Assembly (NCBI GenBank): GCA_964497315.1
Contig: CAZCCH010000001.1
Location: 1 to 54,105, forward strand
DNA from: an uncultured Planctomycetia bacterium
GTDB lineage: Bacteria; Omnitrophota; Gorgyraeia; Taenaricolales; CAZCCH01
Reading direction: 5' to 3'
Length of the DNA stretch: 54,105 nucleotides
Shown here: positions 17,462-25,765 of the stretch, piece after piece
Layout: each line of letters opens with the position of its first letter
Position numbering within the stretch: the stretch's first letter is position 1
Position numbers and translations under genes: made by a program
The notes under the pieces: model-generated
What the model saw: only the letters and a program-made list of their open reading frames with translations
Database searches by the model: none
Told to the model about the DNA's origin: nothing

Positions 17462-20400
17462 AAAAACTGTGGTCTCCTGAATAATTTAGAAAATATTCGC
17501 TTAACATCTTCAAACATCAGAAACATGCATGGTACTATAACAAGTGTTAATATAGTTGAGGTTGCCAAACCAGACATTACAGTTATAGCCAATGGTGCCC
17601 AAAGGTTTGCTTCTGGGCTTCTGTCTATGGCCAATGGTAAAAGCCCTAAAATGGTTGTGCAGGTAGTCATCATTATAGGCCGCAAGCGTGCTTCTGCTGC
17701 TACCAATGTAGCCTTTAGGTTCCTAAAGCCTTCTTTGTGCAATCGATTTAGATAGTCAATTAATATTATTGCGTTGTTTACAACTATCCCTCCAAGCATT
17801 ATCGAACCCATAAGCACACCTACATTTATAGGCTTAGAAAGCCTTTCTAAGACTATTACAACGCCTATTGCAGCTAGTGGCACTGTAACCATTATAATAA
17901 ACGGTTGTGCATAAGACTCCAACATTGCTGCCAATACAAGGTATATCAGAACCAAAGTCAAAACTAGTGCAAAGGAAAGTTCTTTTTGATTGCGTTGCAT
18001 CCTCCAATAGTTTTCGCCAAAACGCCAGTGATAGTCTTCTGGGAATTCCATATCTTGTATTGCCTGCCTTACTAACTCTGCTGCTGTTCCAAAGGGGTGC
18101 TTTCCCCTATTTGCGCTAACTTGGATCATGCGGTTTTTGTTCTTCCGCCATATCTTGCTGGGTCCTGTGGCTGGCACAAGATCTGCAATCTGCTCTAAAT
18201 AAATCTTCTCACCCTTAGGAAGCACAACTGTTAGTTTTCTTACTTGGTCTAGGGTTTCTCTATCTGTCTTTCTTAGGCGTGCAACAACCTCTACTTCCCT
18301 TGCCTTGGTGTGATACAAAGTAGCCCTTAGGCCTCTCATCTTTGCATGAAGGACATTGGCTACATCTTCAACTGTTAAATTAAAATCTGCTGCCTTTTGC
18401 TTATTTACAACAACCTGCCATTCAGGTCGTCCCTTTCGCCAGCGTAGTTTCAAATCCGTCAAACCTTCCACAGTCTGCATCCTTGTAAGCATACCTACGG
18501 CTAGTTCATTTAATACTTCATAATCCCATCCATATATTTCTAATATAACCTCGTTCGTTTCTACCTCTTGTGGTTCTTCAAAATATATAAATGCCTCCTT
18601 GTATTGCGCTTCTACCTTTCCTACTTTCCCTCTAAGCTCTTCTATTACCTGTTTGGTTGTCCTTTTTCTTTCTTCTATAGGAACTAGCTTGACATATACC
18701 TTAGAAGACCATGGCTCAACCCTTGATGAAAAAGTCTTCATTTCAGAAACTTCTCCTAAGACTTCTTCTATTTGCTTTACAGCCTGGTCTGATATATCCA
18801 ATTTTGCACCTGTGGGAAGCTCCACAAAGATAGTAAAATCTTCCTGCTCTGTAGTACCCACAAACTCCTTCTGCAGCTTTGGATAGACAAACATGCATAC
18901 TAAAACAAACGCAACGCAAGCTGCTGCTAAAAAAATGTATCTGTTTCTTATTCCATTTAGTAAAAATTTGCGGTATATCCTATGGAAAAAACCTGGTTTC
19001 TGCAATGGTCTTACAGGCAATTTTTTCAACTTAGGACTTGCTTCATCTTGAGTTTCAAATGTTGAGCCTTTAGCTTTCTTCTTTTTTCCTCCTGGCAAAC
19101 GCGCTGCTAGCATGGGCACCAAAGTCAGCGATACGAAAAGTGAAGCCAAAAGAGAAAATGTTACTGTCATAGCCAGGCCTGCATAAAGTATCCTTATTTC
19201 TTTATTTACAAATACTATTGGCAAAAAGACAACTATCGTAGTAATGGTGGCTGCAATTATTGCTAATGTTATCTCTTCGCTTCCCTCTTGGGCGGCATCT
19301 GTTTTAAAAAGGCCTATCTGGCGTTTTTTAAAGATATTTTCCAGTACAACGATAGAGCTGTCAACCAACATTCCAATACCTAATGCCAAACCACTCAATG
19401 TCATAATATTCAATGAAATCTTTCTAAAATACATAAAACAGAACGTAGCAACTACTGAGATAGGGATTGCACAAGCTATGATAATAGTTGAGCGCAAATC
19501 TCTTAAAAACAGAATTAAGACAACAACTGCTAAAATCGCTCCATATAAAAGTGCCTTCTTCACCCCGTTTATGGCTCGCAATATAGACTCTGACTGATTA
19601 TACGTTGGTATCATAGATATCTTCTTTTTTCGCTCCTGGACTATTTTTTCTGTTTCCTCGATAATCTTCTTGGCGACCTCCACCGTATTGGCGGTGGATT
19701 CTTTTTGTATATACAATGAAACGACGGGTAATTTATCCACCCTGGCAAAACTTCTCGGTTCTAAATATGAGTCCTTTACATCTGCTACATCTTTTAATCG
19801 AATAATGGCCCCACTTGGCGCAACCGCCACACCGGTTTCTTTTATATCTTCGATTGACTGAAATTCTCCTACAGTCCTTATTAGATATTTATCTCTTGTT
19901 TTTTCCACATCTCCAATTAAAAGATTTAAGTTGTTTAAGCTTAAACTATTTATTACCTTGCCTATGGGCAAGCCATAGCCCTGCAGTTTATTTTGGTTTA
20001 CCTCAACTAAAATCTTTCTTTCCCTTCCCCCACCTATATCCACATTTGCTACGCCGTCTATTCGCATAATGCGTTCTTTTATGCTCTCATCTACCATTTT
20101 GCGCAGTTCTTCAGTTGTGTAGCGTGTTCCTGTTACTGCCATTATAACTATAGGATAATCTGACTGTTCGAACTTAGCTATAACGGGTTTTTCTATTTCT
20201 TTTGGCAATTTGTTTCTAGCTTTGGAAAATTTTTCTCTGGCCTCTAATGCTGCAAAGTCCATATCTATCCCAGGTTCAAAGGTCATTACTACACGGCTAC
20301 GCCCCTCTTCAGATATTGAGATTATATCTCGTAAATTGCTGACTGTACCTATCGCTTCTTCAATAGGTTTTGTAACTAAGTTTTCTACTTCAACGGGTGG

Positions 20401-20565
20401 CATGCCACCTCTGATATTAATAAAAATAGATATATCTCCAAAACTAAAATTTGGCATAAGTTCAACCGGCAATCTCTGCAGGCTTATTATGCCTAAGACA
20501 AGAATGGCTGAGAATACCATTAATATAGCTATTGGACGATTTATGGAAATTTTAGGTAAGCCCAT
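17458..20565 (-). CDS. RND efflux transporter permease (second of a tandem pair)
   Basis: 1035 aa; N-terminus PKISINRPIAILMVF; GLALGIGMLVDSSIVVLENI; GGIVVNNAIILIDY; ARLRPIMMTT. Confidence 0.9.
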   Translation of the reverse strand: MGLPKISINRPIAILMVFSAILVLGIISLQRLPVELMPNFSFGDISIFINIRGGMPPVEVENLVTKPIEEAIGTVSNLRDIISISEEGRSRVVMTFEPGIDMDFAALEAREKFSKARNKLPKEIEKPVIAKFEQSDYPIVIMAVTGTRYTTEELRKMVDESIKERIMRIDGVANVDIGGGRERKILVEVNQNKLQGYGLPIGKVINSLSLNNLNLLIGDVEKTRDKYLIRTVGEFQSIEDIKETGVAVAPSGAIIRLKDVADVKDSYLEPRSFARVDKLPVVSLYIQKESTANTVEVAKKIIEETEKIVQERKKKISMIPTYNQSESILRAINGVKKALLYGAILAVVVLILFLRDLRSTIIIACAIPISVVATFCFMYFRKISLNIMTLSGLALGIGMLVDSSIVVLENIFKKRQIGLFKTDAAQEGSEEITLAIIAATITTIVVFLPIVFVNKEIRILYAGLAMTVTFSLLASLFVSLTLVPMLAARLPGGKKKKAKGSTFETQDEASPKLKKLPVRPLQKPGFFHRIYRKFLLNGIRNRYIFLAAACVAFVLVCMFVYPKLQKEFVGTTEQEDFTIFVELPTGAKLDISDQAVKQIEEVLGEVSEMKTFSSRVEPWSSKVYVKLVPIEERKRTTKQVIEELRGKVGKVEAQYKEAFIYFEEPQEVETNEVILEIYGWDYEVLNELAVGMLTRMQTVEGLTDLKLRWRKGRPEWQVVVNKQKAADFNLTVEDVANVLHAKMRGLRATLYHTKAREVEVVARLRKTDRETLDQVRKLTVVLPKGEKIYLEQIADLVPATGPSKIWRKNKNRMIQVSANRGKHPFGTAAELVRQAIQDMEFPEDYHWRFGENYWRMQRNQKELSFALVLTLVLIYLVLAAMLESYAQPFIIMVTVPLAAIGVVIVLERLSKPINVGVLMGSIMLGGIVVNNAIILIDYLNRLHKEGFRNLKATLVAAEARLRPIMMTTCTTILGLLPLAIDRSPEANLWAPLAITVMSGLATSTILTLVIVPCMFLMFEDVKRIFSKLFRRPQFL

Positions 20566-20566
20566 T

Positions 20567-23500
20567 TTACACCAGCTCGTAATAGCGACCCCTGGCCAAA
20601 GGACCTACGCCGCGGATTAGACCTTTATCAACTAATTCCTTTAAGTCTCTTGCAGCAGTAGGTACAGATACGCCAAAAAGGGTAGCATATTGTTTGCGTG
20701 TAATCTTTTTATTCTCCGTAAGATAATCTATAAGTTTTCGTTGTCTTTCGGTTAGGCCTGATGTATCAGGCTTTGTGGGTTGCACTGGAGGTGAAAGCGG
20801 TGTAGGTGGCTTTGTTGGTTTTGGCCTTGGTGGCTCTGGTTTTTTCTCTGGAGACGCAGGTGGTGCGGGTGTTTTTTGTTCTGATGGAGGAACTATTTCT
20901 TTTTGCGGAGGAGGCATTTCTATTATAGGTAGCTTTGGAGGAGCTTCTGTTTTTTCAAGCAGTGGTTGTTTTGGTGGCTTTTCTTTAGGCTTTCGTGGCT
21001 CTTCTTTTGGTAATACCTCTTTTATTAATTTTTGCTTTGGTTTTTCCTTTAGTTTTTCCTCTTTAGGGGCAGGCATCTGAATTGTAGTTGGTTCTAAAGA
21101 AACCTCCTCTTCTCCAAGAATAGCAGTCTCCACTCTTGGTTTGGCCTTAAAGAAACTAAACATACCTTCAAACACTAGATAGATTGTTGGTATTACTACT
21201 AAGGATAAAAATGTAGATATTATCAACCCGCCCATAACTGCTATGGCCATGGGCATTTGTATTTCTGCGCCTTGGCTTAAGCCTAAGGCCAGTGGACAAA
21301 GGGCAAAAATGGTTGTCATTGCAGTCATTAGTATCGGCCGTAACCTTGCCTGAGCTGCTGTTAAAACTGCGGGCAAGGCCTCATATTTATCACGTCTTCG
21401 CAAGGTATTCACATAATCAATTAGTACGATACCATTATTGACCACTATGCCACCAAGTACAATTATACCCAAAACTACCATTATTGATAGAGGTGTGTCT
21501 GTAACGCGCAACGCAAATGCCACTCCTATAATAGAAAGCGGGAAGGTAAAGATAATGATAAACGGCTGCCATAAGGACTCAAATTCTGCTGCCATAATCA
21601 TACAAACCATAACCAATGACAATATAAGAGCAAAGCGAAGGCTATTAAATGATTCTCGCATTTGAAGATGTTCGCCGGTTAATCTAGCTGTATAACCAGA
21701 AGGTAATTCCTTTTCTAGTTTTTCAAGCATTAAATTTATATCATTTGCGACTTCGCTAAAACTCCTTTTGAGTATATTTGCTGAAATCATGATTACCCTT
21801 TGCTGATCTAGTCTTTGAATTTGACTCGGGCCTTTTCCTATGCCCATGTATGCCACCTCTGCTAAGGGGACCTCTATCTCTAAGGGAGAATGCACAATTA
21901 ATCGCCTTATCTTACTTATATCTTTTCTGTCTTGTGGCCTTAAGCGAACCCTCACATCTATTTCCCTACCTTGTTCTTTAAATTCTGTGGCAACATAACC
22001 CTTCATGGCAGTCTGTGCTGTCAATGCGATATCACTAACTGAAAGATTATACTGTGCCGCCCTGTCTTTTCTTACATTTACCTTTGCCTCTGGAGCTGGT
22101 GGGACAAAAGACGACTTTACGCTATAAATTCCATCTACGAGCTGTAACTTTTTCTGCACGTGGTCTGAGATATTCTTTAGATCCGCTAATTCTTCTCCCT
22201 TTACCTCTATAACAATAGGCGCACTTGCTTGAAACGCCATTTGAAATACACTTTCCTGCACAATATATTCTAACTCAGCGCCTTCCAAATTTTTCTCTTT
22301 TAAGTTAGTTTTAAACTGCGTGAGAAAATCGGCTGTTGAGATATATCTAAAATCCTGCGGGTGCGTCTCTTTTACAAAAAGCTTCGTAATAGCTTGCACC
22401 CATAAGAATTTTGACCTTTTATATCCCGCTAAAGGTTTCAGGTCTACCATTATCCTGGCCTGATGTGGACCCAAGGTTTCAATGCCACCCCCTAAGGCTT
22501 CCTTTTCCCTGCTTGAACCAATAGCAACTGTTACGCTTTTGATTTGGGAAAACTTAAAAAGGACGCTTTCTATTTTCTTGACAACCCTATTTGTAACAGC
22601 CAAGCGTGTCCCTGGAAACATATCCACCTTGATAGTAAATTGTCCTTGGTCTACCTTTGGTAAAAATTCTTTATCAAGACCTATAAATATCTTTAAGACA
22701 AGTAAAAATATTACTGCAACGCAAAAAAGGCTCAAGAATTTATTGTTCAAAAATAGATTAAGTCCGCCTACATAGGCATTAGAGGCCTTTTGCATAGAAA
22801 ATATACCTTTTAGTCCCTTCTTGTCTACATTTGCACTGCTAGAATCATCTTTGAGGGGATTGGCATCTTTTTTTGTTTTAACCATAGATGCCAACACGGG
22901 TATCAATGTAAGAGCTACAACAAGGGAAGATAAAAGTGAAAACACTACTGTGAAGGCAAGCTCTTTGAAAAGCTGGCCTGCAATACCAACTACAAATGCC
23001 ATAGGTAAAAACACTGCTATTGTAGTAAGGGTAGAACCTACTATTGCTGAACTTACCTCACTTGCACCGAATATGCTTGCCTCTTTTGCAGATTTACCTT
23101 CTTGTCTGTGTCGGAAAATATTTTCCAGGACCACAATAGCATTATCAACCAACATTCCAACACCAAGGGCAAGTCCACCCAGTGAAATCATATTAAGCGT
23201 AATCCCTGAAAAATACATAAGACTAAAAACTGCTAGAATGGATATAGGAATGCTAGCTGTTACAATTAATGCAGAAGTTACTCTTTTTAAAAATATTAAT
23301 AACACCAGAAATGCTAAAATACCTCCTCCGATGGCAGCATCTCTTACACCATTGATGGAGGCTTTTATAAATTTTGATTGATCGTAGGCAATTTCCATTT
23401 TTATCTGGTGAGGAATATCAGCCTTTAATTCCTTAAGTGCTTGCTTTACATTATTTGCCACCTGGAGGGTATTCGTACCAGCCTGCTTTATTATTGACAG

Positions 23501-24409
23501 AGAAATATTTTCTTTCTTGTTATACCGTGAAACTGTTGTTTTTTCTTTAAATGTGTCTTTTACCTTGGCGACATCTTTTAGTAAAATAAGTCTTCTTTCC
23601 TTCTCTTCCTGTTCATCTGGAGGAACCATTACGCCTTCTCTTTGCTGTTTATACTGTTTGTCCTCATCAAGGGCGATGGCAATGTCCTCCATCTCTGAAA
23701 TTGCCTGAAATTCTCCGATAGTCCTAATTAGATACTCATAGAAAGTCTCCTCAATTGTCCCTGCAGGATAATTTAAATTGGCCTTCTTTAGGGCATCTGC
23801 AATTGCTACAACTGAAATACCAGCAGCCTGCAATCTACCCTGGTCAACTTCAATGAGAATTTCCCTCTCTAGGCCGCCGCTTATATGAACTGCCGCAACA
23901 CCATCTGTTTTCTCTAATTCGTTCTTGATTACTTTTCTTGTAAACTGCAAAAGTCCGCCCTGAGAAATTCCTTCTGCGGTTACATTCAAGACGACTACTG
24001 GCAATTCAAATGGATTGAATTTCATTACTATTGGGTCTTCGCAACCGCGGGGAAGACGCTCTTTTACTAAATCTATCTTCTCCCTAACGCCCAAGGCGGC
24101 AAAATCCATATTTCTGCCCCAATCAAACTCTGCTATTATTAAAGAGAGCTCCTCCTTTGAGGTAGAGCTTATCTTGCGAAGACCGCTGACTGTACCAATA
24201 ACCTCTTCTAGAAGTTTCGTTACAAGTATTTCTATTTCTTCAGGTGCGGCATCCTTATAAAATGTAGCAATGGTGATTTGTGGGTAAGTTATAGGTGGGA
24301 ATAATTCTTGCGGCAAGCGCCCCCAAGAAATAATACCAAGCAACAGTATTCCTAAGAATACCATAAAGATAGTAACTGGTCTTTTTATAGATAAGTTCGG
24401 TAAACCCAT
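20567..24409 (-). CDS. RND efflux transporter permease with a C-terminal Pro/Lys/Glu-rich linker and a winged-HTH domain
   Basis: The RND core covers aa 1 to about 1098 (GLALGVGMLVDNAIVVLENI, GGIVVNNGIVLIDY, ARLRPILMTA). A 120-aa low-complexity linker follows (20756-21115). The last 62 aa are LTERQRKLIDYLTENKKITRKQYATLFGVSVPTAARDLKELVDKGLIRGVGPLARGRYYELV (20570-20755). Confidence 0.85.
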   Translation of the reverse strand: MGLPNLSIKRPVTIFMVFLGILLLGIISWGRLPQELFPPITYPQITIATFYKDAAPEEIEILVTKLLEEVIGTVSGLRKISSTSKEELSLIIAEFDWGRNMDFAALGVREKIDLVKERLPRGCEDPIVMKFNPFELPVVVLNVTAEGISQGGLLQFTRKVIKNELEKTDGVAAVHISGGLEREILIEVDQGRLQAAGISVVAIADALKKANLNYPAGTIEETFYEYLIRTIGEFQAISEMEDIAIALDEDKQYKQQREGVMVPPDEQEEKERRLILLKDVAKVKDTFKEKTTVSRYNKKENISLSIIKQAGTNTLQVANNVKQALKELKADIPHQIKMEIAYDQSKFIKASINGVRDAAIGGGILAFLVLLIFLKRVTSALIVTASIPISILAVFSLMYFSGITLNMISLGGLALGVGMLVDNAIVVLENIFRHRQEGKSAKEASIFGASEVSSAIVGSTLTTIAVFLPMAFVVGIAGQLFKELAFTVVFSLLSSLVVALTLIPVLASMVKTKKDANPLKDDSSSANVDKKGLKGIFSMQKASNAYVGGLNLFLNNKFLSLFCVAVIFLLVLKIFIGLDKEFLPKVDQGQFTIKVDMFPGTRLAVTNRVVKKIESVLFKFSQIKSVTVAIGSSREKEALGGGIETLGPHQARIMVDLKPLAGYKRSKFLWVQAITKLFVKETHPQDFRYISTADFLTQFKTNLKEKNLEGAELEYIVQESVFQMAFQASAPIVIEVKGEELADLKNISDHVQKKLQLVDGIYSVKSSFVPPAPEAKVNVRKDRAAQYNLSVSDIALTAQTAMKGYVATEFKEQGREIDVRVRLRPQDRKDISKIRRLIVHSPLEIEVPLAEVAYMGIGKGPSQIQRLDQQRVIMISANILKRSFSEVANDINLMLEKLEKELPSGYTARLTGEHLQMRESFNSLRFALILSLVMVCMIMAAEFESLWQPFIIIFTFPLSIIGVAFALRVTDTPLSIMVVLGIIVLGGIVVNNGIVLIDYVNTLRRRDKYEALPAVLTAAQARLRPILMTAMTTIFALCPLALGLSQGAEIQMPMAIAVMGGLIISTFLSLVVIPTIYLVFEGMFSFFKAKPRVETAILGEEEVSLEPTTIQMPAPKEEKLKEKPKQKLIKEVLPKEEPRKPKEKPPKQPLLEKTEAPPKLPIIEMPPPQKEIVPPSEQKTPAPPASPEKKPEPPRPKPTKPPTPLSPPVQPTKPDTSGLTERQRKLIDYLTENKKITRKQYATLFGVSVPTAARDLKELVDKGLIRGVGPLARGRYYELV

Positions 24410-24430
24410 GTTTTTTGTTTTGTTAAAAAA

Positions 24431-25747
24431 TTATTCTAAGCTAAATGGCAATCCTTCATCTACTCCAACTTCTGGTTCAGCTGATAAAGGTTGCTGGGTT
24501 TCCAGTATTTCTACTTTAACCCCATCGGAAAGTTCACCCCTTGCCTCTGTTATTACAAGCTCTCCTTCTTCTAGCCCCCAAGATATGACTGCCTGATCTG
24601 AGGTAAGATAACCTGGTTCTACTTCTTTTAATTTGGCTGTCACCTCAGGAGTGACTACATAAGTCGAGTCAAAGGTACCATCGCCATCTTGGTCAATTAG
24701 GCAAGAGTTTGGAACTACTATTACATCATCTTGTTCAAATACAGATATATTGGCTCTGGCAAACATGCCAGGCAAAAGCTTTGCCTCGGGGTTTTCTACT
24801 TTTATCTTGCAAGTAAGAGTTCTTGATTTTCCTTCTATGGTAGGCAATATATTATCTATTGGACCTGTAAAGGCAGTTTCAGGATAGGCATCCACTGTAA
24901 TATTGGCCATCTGACCTAATGCTATCCTTTGTAATTCTTTTTCTATCACACCTACTTCTACAAATACACTGTCTATATCTACAATGCTTGCAATTTTGTT
25001 CTGGCTTGTTATAAACTCACCTGGTTCTGCCTCCTTAGTACCCATAACACCATCAATTGGTGAAAGAAGATATGTCTTATCTAATTCTGCTTTGGAGAAT
25101 GCAACTTCTTTTTCTGCTGACACTGCTTGACTTTTGGCATTTTCATATTCAAGTTCTATTTCTTCTAGTTTAGGCTTTATTATCGCACCTATTTTGTACA
25201 GGTTTTGATAAATCTCTAATTTTTTCTTGGCCGTCAAGGTTTGCGTCTTAGCTGTCTTTAATTTCGACTGGCTATATTCTACTTTTAAAACCGCATCTTT
25301 CTCATTGAGTGTAGCAATAACGTCTTGTGCTTCTATCAAATCGCCTTCTCTAAAATTTATTGAGTCAATCACACCATTTACTTCAAAACGCATTTCAATC
25401 TCTTTTTGACCCTTTATGGTACCCATGGTAGGCAATATATCTTTAAAATCTTCCTTTGCAATTTTGTATGCAATAACCGGTACCACCTTTGCCATCTGAA
25501 GTTCTTCGTCTGCTTTTTTCTCAGTAGGCTGAGGGATTTTAATAAAACTTGAAATAAAAGGAACCTTCGCTAAAAATGTATGCAGACTTGGACCATAGGC
25601 AAAAAATAAAGCTGCCAAGCCAACTATAACAACCAAAATCGTAATAAGTCTGTTGGCTTTATTTCTTGTTCTTTTGCTTGTTTGTTTTTCTTTTGCTTTT
25701 ACTTTTTCTTTCCCTTTTTCTTTCTTTCCTCTAATTTTCATCTTCAT
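24431..25747 (-). CDS. Efflux periplasmic adaptor (membrane fusion protein, HlyD/AcrA family) with a Lys-rich N-terminal tail
   Basis: Basic tail MKMKIRGKKEKGKEKVKAKEK, a TM anchor, a coiled-coil hairpin region, and a beta-barrel block (VEVGVIEKELQRIALGQMANITVDAYP). Confidence 0.8.
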   Translation of the reverse strand: MKMKIRGKKEKGKEKVKAKEKQTSKRTRNKANRLITILVVIVGLAALFFAYGPSLHTFLAKVPFISSFIKIPQPTEKKADEELQMAKVVPVIAYKIAKEDFKDILPTMGTIKGQKEIEMRFEVNGVIDSINFREGDLIEAQDVIATLNEKDAVLKVEYSQSKLKTAKTQTLTAKKKLEIYQNLYKIGAIIKPKLEEIELEYENAKSQAVSAEKEVAFSKAELDKTYLLSPIDGVMGTKEAEPGEFITSQNKIASIVDIDSVFVEVGVIEKELQRIALGQMANITVDAYPETAFTGPIDNILPTIEGKSRTLTCKIKVENPEAKLLPGMFARANISVFEQDDVIVVPNSCLIDQDGDGTFDSTYVVTPEVTAKLKEVEPGYLTSDQAVISWGLEEGELVITEARGELSDGVKVEILETQQPLSAEPEVGVDEGLPFSLE

Positions 25748-25765
25748 GCTCTCCTAGTATTTTTT

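Noticed and set aside
17235-17513. 92-aa minus-strand ORF spanning the RND2/lnt junction
   Set aside because: It is out of frame with, and entirely overlapped by, two well-supported genes. Its translation is Cys/His/Phe-rich nonsense.
20775-21080. Gly/Ser/Phe-rich 101-aa plus-strand ORF
   Set aside because: It is the antisense reading of the Pro/Lys/Glu-rich linker of RND1 (CCN/AAR codons read backwards), so it is an artefact of low-complexity sequence.
20756-21115. Pro/Lys-rich DNA as a tandem repeat or VNTR
   Set aside because: The composition is biased, but I could not find an exact repeating unit at DNA level. It reads as one continuous low-complexity coding linker.
22821-23381. Longer plus-strand ORFs (for example 186 aa here; also 26031..26579, 28598..29092, 31798..32370, 37288..37848, 43003..43524, 51861..52259)
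   Set aside because: Each is fully embedded antisense in a minus-strand gene with unmistakable family motifs. None has a recognisable motif, SD or promoter.
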